Source of the DNA: a bacterium
GTDB taxonomy: Bacteria; Verrucomicrobiota; Verrucomicrobiia; Verrucomicrobiales; V1-33
Reading direction: 5' to 3'
DNA: 64,000 bases
Assembly: GCA_031411255.1 (NCBI GenBank)
Contig: JANOAS010000115.1
Span: forward strand, 12,579 to 76,578
A model generated the notes under the pieces. That model did not search any database. It was not told where the DNA came from and worked only from the letters and a program-made list of their open reading frames with translations. The position numbers and the translations under genes are program-made. Of this stretch, positions 56,662 through 64,000 are shown piece by piece; position 1 is the first letter of the stretch; each line of letters starts with the position of its first letter.

Positions 56662-57837
56662 TCAGTGCGTCCAGACGGGAGTGGCGAGGCCGGGCATGGC
56701 GAGCAGGGTTTTTCTGCGGGCGGTGCGGAGATTCAGGGTGAGGAGGCTGGAACCGGAGGTGAAGACGAGGTGGGCGGAGTCCGCCGCCCACGAAGGGGAA
56801 GCACCGGGCCCGAGCAGCTGCAGTCTGGCACCCGAGGGGTCTGTGAGGGCGAGGGTGGAGACGCCGTCGATGCGGGTGGTGAAGGCGATGAAGCGGCCGT
56901 CCGGGGACCACGCGGGCTCTGCGGCATTGGCGGGGCCGGGACGGAGGGGGCGGGGGCGGCCGCCGGCGGAGGAAATGATTTCCAGGCGCGGGCCGGAGCC
57001 GTCGTCGCGGGTGAAGACGAGTCGCGAACCATCCGGGGCCCAGGAGGGGGAACAGTCAAAGCCGGAACCGGAAGTGAGAGGGCGTCCTGTTTTTCCGGAG
57101 GCGCTGGTGATGTAAAGGTGGGGAAAGCCGGAATGGCTCATGGTGAGGGCGAGGCGCCGTCCATCCGGGGAGAGGGCGGCTCCCGTGTTGGTGCCGGGTG
57201 CGGTGACGACCTGGCTGCGCAGGCCGGAGTTCAGGTCGACGCGCCAGAGGTCGGCAAAGCCGTTCCGGTAGGTGGTGTAGGTGAGGAACCCGGCATCGCG
57301 GCTGAGGGCGGGGGAGACGCAGGGGGCGGTCTCCGTGGTGAGGCGGCGGATGTTTGTCCCGTCCGCATCGCACAGGTAGATGGCTGGGTTGCCGGAGGCG
57401 GTGGCGACGAAGGCGATCTGGCTCGCTGAGACGCCGGCGGTCTCGGTGAGGGCGAAGACGAGGTCGTCGGCGAAAAGGTGGGTGTTCTGTTTGAGTGAGG
57501 AGTCCTCGTAGAGATTCGTCAGGATGACGGAGCGGTCCGGAGCCGGGGCGGTGAGGGTGCCGTTCACACGGCCTCCGCTGGCGCTGCCGCTGGCGGTGGG
57601 GATGCCGGGGCCGGGCTTGTCGACCAGCGTGACGGCTCCGGACTCCAGCAGGTCCTCCCGCAGGAGCCGGGTGACGGTCTCGCCATTGCTGCCGGTGAGC
57701 GGCTGGAGATACAGCGGAAACTCGGCAGCAGCCGCCGCCGTGAGGGCGCCCGCCGTCAGAAGAAGGGCAAGACAGTGCCCCGCCAGAAGGCGGATTGAGA
57801 AACAGGGAGTGGTGCGGGCCGGCCGCAGGGAAATCAT
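56662..57837 (-). CDS. tolB: TolB-like beta-propeller protein
   Basis: SQIAFV, IYLCDADG.N.RRLT, PD40-type SPSWAPDG repeats; downstream of TolQ/R/A-like genes. Confidence 0.8.
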   Translation of the reverse strand: MISLRPARTTPCFSIRLLAGHCLALLLTAGALTAAAAAEFPLYLQPLTGSNGETVTRLLREDLLESGAVTLVDKPGPGIPTASGSASGGRVNGTLTAPAPDRSVILTNLYEDSSLKQNTHLFADDLVFALTETAGVSASQIAFVATASGNPAIYLCDADGTNIRRLTTETAPCVSPALSRDAGFLTYTTYRNGFADLWRVDLNSGLRSQVVTAPGTNTGAALSPDGRRLALTMSHSGFPHLYITSASGKTGRPLTSGSGFDCSPSWAPDGSRLVFTRDDGSGPRLEIISSAGGRPRPLRPGPANAAEPAWSPDGRFIAFTTRIDGVSTLALTDPSGARLQLLGPGASPSWAADSAHLVFTSGSSLLTLNLRTARRKTLLAMPGLATPVWTH

Positions 57838-58769
57838 CGAAGTCGGAAGGTGATATCGACCTCGTATGTATCACCACTCATTTCCTTTGGCAATGGGGCG
57901 ATGCGCCGGACTGATTTGATGGCAGCCTCGACCGAGTCGTCCATTTCGGCCATGCCGGAGGGATCGGTGATGCGGCGCTTCAGCACGGTGCCGTCGCGGG
58001 CGATGGTGGCACGCACCTGGGTGACCACGGGCTGGTCCGGGGAAACGAAGAGGCCGCGCGGCTGCTCCCAGTTTTCATGAAAGGAGGCGCGGATGGCGCT
58101 GCGGTAGGCGGAAAAATCGCGGGAGTCGTCACTGCGCGGCGGGCTGCGGTCCGGGCGGGGCTCGGGGTCGCGTTCGTTGCGGGTGGCGGTTTCCGCGTGT
58201 TTGGGGAGTCTGGCGGGCGGGGTTTTGGTGGCCTCAGGCTTGGTGGTGGAGGCTTTCTTTTCTTCGGCAGCCCTGGCGGTGGTGGCGGGCTTGCTGGTTT
58301 CCGTTTTGGCGGGCGTACGCTCTTTCACCACTGGGGTGGGTGCTTTGGCGCTGGCGGTTTTTGAGGAAGGAGAATCGCCTGACTTCTCGTTTGATTTGGA
58401 TTTTGAAGACGAATCCGCAGGGAGCGCTTTGGCCACGCGGGGAGTTGAGGGCGGGTCGTTCACGACCACGGCGGGCGGATCGACCGGGACGGGAGGGGCC
58501 GGGGGCAGGTCGGCGGCGGGTTTAACCACGGTGGGGGCGGCGACCGGCTTGGATTTTCCTTTCAGCGCCAGGACGGGTTGCCTGGCATTGAGCTGGGCGA
58601 CTTGGGCGGGCACGGAATCATCGAGGTCCACCCAGTGGGCCTGCCATGGGTCGGAGGGCGGCGTCTGGGCTGTCTCGTCACTGAACATGCCGCCTGCGGT
58701 GGCGAACCATGCGCCGATGATGACAGCGTGCACGATGAGCACTAAGAGGAAGGTGGAGCGACTGGGCAT
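57834..58769 (-). CDS. TolA/TonB-like protein
   Basis: N-terminal TM with His, Pro/Lys/Ala-rich linker, C-terminal W..P..I.RDG..SG...D.SV..A. Confidence 0.82.
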   Translation of the reverse strand: MPSRSTFLLVLIVHAVIIGAWFATAGGMFSDETAQTPPSDPWQAHWVDLDDSVPAQVAQLNARQPVLALKGKSKPVAAPTVVKPAADLPPAPPVPVDPPAVVVNDPPSTPRVAKALPADSSSKSKSNEKSGDSPSSKTASAKAPTPVVKERTPAKTETSKPATTARAAEEKKASTTKPEATKTPPARLPKHAETATRNERDPEPRPDRSPPRSDDSRDFSAYRSAIRASFHENWEQPRGLFVSPDQPVVTQVRATIARDGTVLKRRITDPSGMAEMDDSVEAAIKSVRRIAPLPKEMSGDTYEVDITFRLR

Positions 58770-58856
58770 GGCGGCGGAGGGTGAAGCAGGTGGAGTGGGT
58801 GAAGGAGGACGCGGGGTGTGACGGAGCGGCGTGGCGGGTTATTCGGGGTTATTTTT

Positions 58857-59231
58857 TCAAGTCTGCGGGCGGGGCGCGATGGCGACGCGGGTGAAGCCGG
58901 CCCCCCTGGCGAGGGAGAGAAACTCCAGCAGGTCCTCCTCGGCCAGGCCGGGGGCGGGACGGACGAGCAGACTGCGGTCCGGGTGCTTTTCATGCAGGCT
59001 TTTGAGGTTTGGCTGGAGGCCGGGGCGGGTGACCGGAGTGCCGTCCAGGGTGAGCGAGAGATCCGCCGCGATGGCCAGCGTGGCCGGGCCTGGCGCAGGG
59101 CGGCTGTCCCTGGCCTGGAGCAGGAACGGCAGGGCGAGCAGGAAGCAGACGATGAGCGAAAAGCACAGGTGCAGCGCCGGGGTGACCGGCGGCTCCGGGA
59201 TGGGCTGGAGGTGTCTGGGAATGGCGGACAT
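58857..59231 (-). CDS. Divergent ExbD/TolR-family protein
   Basis: Single TM, C-terminal AGFTRVAI; operon position; the conserved TM Asp position reads His. Confidence 0.7.
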   Translation of the reverse strand: MSAIPRHLQPIPEPPVTPALHLCFSLIVCFLLALPFLLQARDSRPAPGPATLAIAADLSLTLDGTPVTRPGLQPNLKSLHEKHPDRSLLVRPAPGLAEEDLLEFLSLARGAGFTRVAIAPRPQT

Positions 59232-59250
59232 GGGCGGCGGTGGCCGGGGA

Positions 59251-60246
59251 TCACGGTCTCATGCGGCTCTCCGGGGAAAAGCCATCACCCGGCTCCTGGT
59301 AGCGGGGGCGGCTGTGGACAGGATGCCCCAGCGCCGGGCCCACCTGCGCGGCGATGGGGTTGATCGGGCCGGTTTCCTCGTGGGTGGTCGGGGGCTCCGC
59401 GAAGTGCGCCGAGGCCGGTGCCGGTGCGGCAGCGGCTTCGGGAGCCGGAGCAGGGGAGGGCTTGTCCCCCCAGCGGGGAAATCCGGCGCCGTGATCCACG
59501 AAGTATTTGGCAAAGATGGCCGTGAGTTCGCTCGAATAAGCCTCCAGGCCGATGACCACGGCGCGGATGCGGTGGATGAGGCAGCTGTAGCCGAAGAGCG
59601 CAGGCAGGGCGACCAGCAGACCGGCCACCGTGATGAGGAGGGAGCCGGCCAGCCCGGGGGCCAGGGCTTGCAGGGCGGGTGCCGTGCTGGCTGCGGTTGA
59701 TGAGAAGGCCTCCATCACACTCCACGCCGTGCCCAGCAGGGCCAGGAACGGCGCGCCACTCGTGACCGCCGCCAGCACGGGCAGCTGGGACTCCAGCTGG
59801 AGCGTCAGCTGGCCCACCTCGCGCTTCATTTCCTGGGAGACGCCGTCCAGCTGGCTGGGGGAAATGGGGTTCGCCTCCCGCAGCCGCGTCTGGTAGGTGT
59901 CGTCCACGTCCGGTCCGCCGACCAGGTGGCAGGAGAGTTCGCGGCACCCGGCCAGGTAGACATCGTAGCCCGGCGCGTCGTCAAAGGTCTGCTTCTCCTC
60001 GAAGAGCTGCAGCGCATGCACGGAATTTCGAAACGCCTCCAGGAACTCCCGGTTCGCCTGCCGCGCCCGGCGCAGCGCGGCGAACTTCGTCAGCATGACC
60101 GTCCAGCTGAAGATCGACAGAACGATGAGGACGATGAGAACCAGTCTGCCGGCGGCAGTGGTCTCGCCGAAGGAAAAGCTGAGGGCGCTGGCAATGGGAA
60201 GCATGGGCATGGCAGTGGAAAGGCTGGTCGCATGATCCATGCTCAT
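59251..60246 (-). CDS. MotA/TolQ/ExbB proton-channel family protein
   Basis: SIFSWTVM..K, APFLALLGT, APG...L..T.AGL.VA.PA; Pro/Ala-rich tail; start uncertain. Confidence 0.88.
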   Translation of the reverse strand: MSMDHATSLSTAMPMLPIASALSFSFGETTAAGRLVLIVLIVLSIFSWTVMLTKFAALRRARQANREFLEAFRNSVHALQLFEEKQTFDDAPGYDVYLAGCRELSCHLVGGPDVDDTYQTRLREANPISPSQLDGVSQEMKREVGQLTLQLESQLPVLAAVTSGAPFLALLGTAWSVMEAFSSTAASTAPALQALAPGLAGSLLITVAGLLVALPALFGYSCLIHRIRAVVIGLEAYSSELTAIFAKYFVDHGAGFPRWGDKPSPAPAPEAAAAPAPASAHFAEPPTTHEETGPINPIAAQVGPALGHPVHSRPRYQEPGDGFSPESRMRP

Positions 60247-60360
60247 CCGGGTTTGATCAACGGGAAAGCACACGGGACTCTGCATCGCGCATCGCTCCGA
60301 GCTTCGACGGTTGCGAAGTCACGCCGCACCTCCCACCTGGCCGGGGACGTGTGGAAGGCA

Positions 60361-60414
60361 AACCGCGAATTAACGAGGATCTGCGCGGATGAGGGAGGAG
60401 AAAAATTGGCGGGG
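60361..60414. repeat. Dispersed intergenic repeat A, copy 2
   Basis: aaccgcgaattaacgaggatctgcgcggatgagggaggagaaaaattggcgggg resembles 17394-17447. Confidence 0.6.
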
Positions 60415-60606
60415 AAGAACGTGCTGACGTTGGAGGGTGGGAGTTGGGGAGTGCCGCGTGCCCGAGCCGTGCCTCCTCGATGCGGAACTGAATCGTCGGG
60501 AAGGCAATCCGATCGGGGGCGCGGCGGAACGCGGGGCTGTGTTTTGATGTTCACCTGCCTGCTTCCAGACTCCTCGAGGCTGCGGGGTTGCCCAATATTC
60601 CGGAAT

Positions 60607-60752
60607 GGATTGAACCGGAGGGGACGGAGAACACGGAGTGCCGGCACCTCTGGCGCGGACATCAGAGTCAAGCCACTTCGTCAGGCAGGTGACTGATGGC
60701 ACAGGGGCAACAAGTTCTTTCTCCGGTTTCTCCGTTGCCTTCTGTTCAATCC
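60607..60752. repeat. Dispersed repeat B, full copy with 32-bp inverted arms
   Basis: 60607-60638 versus the reverse complement of 60721-60752: 26/32 identical. Confidence 0.75.
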
Positions 60753-60767
60753 TCGCGGTTTTCAGGG

Positions 60768-61289
60768 TTACTGTTTCCCGGCGAGGCGGCGGTGGTGGAG
60801 GCGGGCTTTCCACCAGGGACGGAGGCCGAGGAGATCGAGGACGGGGAAGGCGAGGGTGAGGACGAGGTGGGTGAAGTGGAGCCAGCGGCTGGGGGTGCCC
60901 CGGGCGATGATATGCTGAACGGTGGTGTGGCGGAGGAGGTAGCGGATGCGGTGGCGCTGGACGTGGCAGGTGACGGCGATGAGCTGCGCGCCTGTTTCGG
61001 TGGCGAGGGCGGTGGCGAGTTCGCACTGCTCGACGGTGTCGAGGCCGTGGCTGGCGAGAATAAGGGCGGACTCTGGCACTCCGAGGGAGCGCAGCTCGGC
61101 GCCGTAGTAGTCGAGTTCGGACGGGGAGCCGGTCTGGTGGAAGGCGGAGGGGACGTAAATGACGGAGTCCTCTGTGTTTCGCTGGAGGCTGGCGGCGAGG
61201 CGGCACTGGACGTGCCAGTCGAACTGGTCCGCCGGACCGGAGCGCGGGAGGTGGGGGCCCTGGGTGGGGAGGAAGATGAGGGTTTTCAT
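60768..61289 (-). CDS. YdcF/DUF218-like protein
   Basis: SE....L..LGVPESALI....DT.E....LIAVT..Q..R pattern. Confidence 0.55.
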   Translation of the reverse strand: MKTLIFLPTQGPHLPRSGPADQFDWHVQCRLAASLQRNTEDSVIYVPSAFHQTGSPSELDYYGAELRSLGVPESALILASHGLDTVEQCELATALATETGAQLIAVTCHVQRHRIRYLLRHTTVQHIIARGTPSRWLHFTHLVLTLAFPVLDLLGLRPWWKARLHHRRLAGKQ

Positions 61290-61310
61290 GCGCCGCCGCG
61301 GCCGGGTGGG

Positions 61311-62489
61311 CTACTCGCTGTGGGACTCGACGTCGATCTCGAGGTTGTGGCGCTTGGCGAACTGGGCGGTGAGGTCGGCGGTCTGTTCGAGGGTCTCGAC
61401 GAGGGCGAGGATGGCGCGGCGGCCGGGGGCGGTGTCGGGGCCGAGGATGGCCTGGTCGAAGGGCTGGGGGATGGCGCGGGCGCGGGTGAGGGCGTCGGTA
61501 ATGTGCTGGTCGAGGAGGGGGAGCATCTCGGCATCGGTGGCGGCGACGAGGTGGCGGAGGCCTTTTCCCTGGATGGTGGTGCCGTCGAGGCGGGTGCAGG
61601 AGCCGAGCCAGAGGTTGGCGATGCCCTGAACATTGGAGATCATGTCCTGGCGGGTGGTGTCGCTGAAGCAGGAGTGCTCGTCCTCCTGAGCGCGGGTGTC
61701 GTAGGGAACCATGAGGCGCTCGCTGGCGAGTTCAAATCCGGCCATCTGGTAGCAGCCGGTCATGAGGTTGCGCAGGGATTGGGAGGCGCTCTGGGCCTCG
61801 AAGCCTGCGCGGAAGTTGTCGGTTTTTCCCGCCTGCCAGGCGCGGGTGAGGCGGGTGAGATCCGTGCGGAGGAGGGCGATGGCGGATTTCAGGAATTCGC
61901 CGCGCCGGGGGGCCTCGGGAGCGGCGGAGTAGTCGGTGAAGGGGCGGTCGCCGGGGCCGTCCTTGCGCCGGTCGCGGCCCCAGAGGAGAAATTCGATGGC
62001 GTGCCAGCCGCAGGAGATGTTTTTCTCGCCGTCCTTGTTGTTGACCTCGGCGAGGAGGTCCGGGGTGAGGCGGGGCCAGTTTTTCGGGTCGTTGATGAGG
62101 CCGGTCACGCCCGAGCCGGGTGTGGACTCGATGAAGGCTTCGTCGAGCGGCCAGGGGTTGAGCCGGGCCTCGGGGCCGTCGCCGTTATCGATGGGGCCGT
62201 TCCAGAAGCGGGCGACTTCTGTCTGCAAATAAGGAAGGCGGGCACGGGACCAGGAGGCGCGGCATTTTTCCAGCCCGGCCTGGCTGGGAGTGGCGAGGAA
62301 GGCGTCGACATCCGCCGCGAGGGTGGCTGCGCCAGCGAGGGAGTCGTCGTAGAGGGCGGAAAAAAGACGGGCCGAGGTCTGCACGATTTCGCGGGCGAGG
62401 GGCTCGGGGACGGTGTCCGCCTCGCCGGCGGCCGGGGCGGAGGCTGGGAGAAGACAGAGGGCTGCGGCTGAAAGGAGAAGGCGGCGCAT
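61311..62489 (-). CDS. Imelysin-family (IrpA-like) secreted protein
   Basis: RLNPWPLDEAFI, GWHAIEFLLWG (GxHxxE), EDEHSCFSDTT; start moved to MRRLLL. Confidence 0.9.
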   Translation of the reverse strand: MRRLLLSAAALCLLPASAPAAGEADTVPEPLAREIVQTSARLFSALYDDSLAGAATLAADVDAFLATPSQAGLEKCRASWSRARLPYLQTEVARFWNGPIDNGDGPEARLNPWPLDEAFIESTPGSGVTGLINDPKNWPRLTPDLLAEVNNKDGEKNISCGWHAIEFLLWGRDRRKDGPGDRPFTDYSAAPEAPRRGEFLKSAIALLRTDLTRLTRAWQAGKTDNFRAGFEAQSASQSLRNLMTGCYQMAGFELASERLMVPYDTRAQEDEHSCFSDTTRQDMISNVQGIANLWLGSCTRLDGTTIQGKGLRHLVAATDAEMLPLLDQHITDALTRARAIPQPFDQAILGPDTAPGRRAILALVETLEQTADLTAQFAKRHNLEIDVESHSE

Positions 62490-62636
62490 GGGGGAAGATA
62501 GAACGGATCCGGCGGAAAACCAGCCGGGAGCCGGGAGCGGGCACGTCAGGAAATTCCTGATGGGTTTGTGGCGGAATTGCCTTGTCAACGGAGGCACGCC
62601 CGGAGTATTTAAATGGTCATGGCTTCCCACCGAAAC

Positions 62637-63233
62637 ATGCGACCCATTCCCCCGGCGTTCATCCTGACCTGCATTCTGATGCTGGTGGGCACGATGCTGA
62701 GTCTCGTCAGCCCGTGGGTGAACTCGGCAGGAACGGAGCGGCTTGATGATTCCCAGGAGACTCTGGTGCTGATTTTCCCCTCCGTGATGCAGGTGGGGCT
62801 GATGATTGTGATCTACTGCATGCTGCGCGGGGCGAACTGGGCGCGGCTGACGTGGCTGGTGACGGCCTATCTGGCGCTGTTGCTGATGTGCTGGGCTCTG
62901 GCGGGCTTTGCCGGGCTGCCCCCGCTGGTGCTGGCGGCGGTCTCGTGGGTGCTGGCGCCGTATCAGGGCTTCTTCGCGGTCATCGGGATGCCGGTGCTGG
63001 TCTCGGCGATAGCGGTGGGGGCAAGCGGGGACGGGATGAATGCGTATGTGAGCTGCATTTTGATTCTGATGATCATCGCGTGCCTCGTGATGGCGCACAT
63101 CCGGCCAGTGCGGGATGCGTTTCGTCCGGAGCGGATCACATGGGAGGATGCCGGCGCGATGCGCGAGCGCCAGCGCGCGGAGCGCCAAGCCCGAAGGGAG
63201 GAGCGCGCCGGCCGCCGCACGCGGCAGGTGTAG
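62637..63233 (+). CDS. Hypothetical multi-pass membrane protein
   Basis: Several hydrophobic segments, G.NWAR motif, charged tail. Confidence 0.65.
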   Translation: MRPIPPAFILTCILMLVGTMLSLVSPWVNSAGTERLDDSQETLVLIFPSVMQVGLMIVIYCMLRGANWARLTWLVTAYLALLLMCWALAGFAGLPPLVLAAVSWVLAPYQGFFAVIGMPVLVSAIAVGASGDGMNAYVSCILILMIIACLVMAHIRPVRDAFRPERITWEDAGAMRERQRAERQARREERAGRRTRQV

Positions 63234-63235
63234 TG

Positions 63236-63964
63236 TCAGGAGGCGGCGAGCAGCGCCTGGGGGGAGCGCGGGTGCGAGGTGAGTGAAGCGCCGGGAGGCA
63301 GGGTGTCTGAAATGGTGTAGCCCTGGCCGCGGACGGTGTGGATGAGCTGGAGGGAGAATCCGGTGTCGACTTTCTGCCTGAGGCGGCGGATGCAGACTTG
63401 GAGGACGTTGGTGTTTGACTCTGCGGTGGAGTGCCAGACGGCTTTGAGCACCTGCTGCTCGGAGAAGACGCGACCGGGGTTGCGCATGAGAAACTCGAGC
63501 AGGGCGAACTCGCGCGGGGCGAGGGTGATGGCCTGCCGGTCGCGCCAGACGCTGCGGGAGCCGGAATCGATGACGAGGTCGGCCAGCTGAAGGCGGACGC
63601 TGGCGGGCAGGGTGGCCCGGCGGAGGAGAGCGGCGAGGTGGGCGCGAATCTCCGGGTAGGCGACGTCCCCGCTGAGGACCATGTCGGCCCCGGCGTCAAG
63701 GACCTGGATGCGGCGGGCTGCGTCATTTTTCCCGATGAGGACGAGCACGGGCCACTGGTGGCCAAGGAGGCGGATGTCCTGGCAGATGCGGGCGGGATCG
63801 AAGGGGGCCGGGCCGTCCAGGATGAGGGCGGCGCGGGGCGGGATGGAAATGCGGGGCAGCTGGTCCGGACGGTGGAGCAGGGCGAGGGTCTCACCGGCGT
63901 CGGTGGCGGTGGCGACCAGGGCGGCGGTGCGGGTGTCTTTTGGGCCGATGATGAGGAGGGGCAT
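63236..63964 (-). CDS. OmpR-family regulator with atypical receiver domain
   Basis: Intact wHTH (LAPREFALLEFLMRNPGRV, IRRLRQKVD, IHTVRGQGY); degenerate receiver. Confidence 0.88.
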   Translation of the reverse strand: MPLLIIGPKDTRTAALVATATDAGETLALLHRPDQLPRISIPPRAALILDGPAPFDPARICQDIRLLGHQWPVLVLIGKNDAARRIQVLDAGADMVLSGDVAYPEIRAHLAALLRRATLPASVRLQLADLVIDSGSRSVWRDRQAITLAPREFALLEFLMRNPGRVFSEQQVLKAVWHSTAESNTNVLQVCIRRLRQKVDTGFSLQLIHTVRGQGYTISDTLPPGASLTSHPRSPQALLAAS

Positions 63965-64000
63965 GGATTTGGGTGGTTGGAGATTTCGGGTTTTGGGAAG

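Overview
High-GC bacterial chromosomal window. Gene content (DUF1501, PQQ-like propeller, Ser/Thr kinase-TPR, Sel1 and HEAT-like proteins, many secreted multidomain proteins) points to Verrucomicrobiota/PVC; this is inference. Positions 1.6-14.4 kb hold four co-oriented secreted proteins between a WD40 gene and a membrane Ser/Thr kinase. All four, plus an NHL protein at 45-46.5 kb, end in a shared ~55-70 aa motif (S-x-D-L-x-x-W ... aromatic/R-L ... P-stop) that looks like an uncharacterised C-terminal export/sorting domain. Two of them share an ~830 aa C-terminal chassis with different N-terminal payloads (a GH74-like glycoside hydrolase versus a triple PPAND repeat). The rest is mostly housekeeping: proBA, tRNA-Arg(CCG), MoxR/DUF58, GME-like epimerase, ppk2, Ogg, rex, two-component genes, alpha-2-macroglobulin, 2-oxoacid:ferredoxin oxidoreductase beta, ftsK, TolQRAB-like genes and imelysin. 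Accessory items are a tRNA-adjacent DUF4062 gene with a G-run frameshift, a HipBA-type module, a 271-bp MITE with TIRs and a TCA duplication, and two dispersed repeat families. Other oddities are an ~160 aa acidic insert in FtsK and a TolR/ExbD lacking its essential Asp. All family calls come from motif recognition by eye, no searches were run, and several starts were moved to more plausible ATGs.
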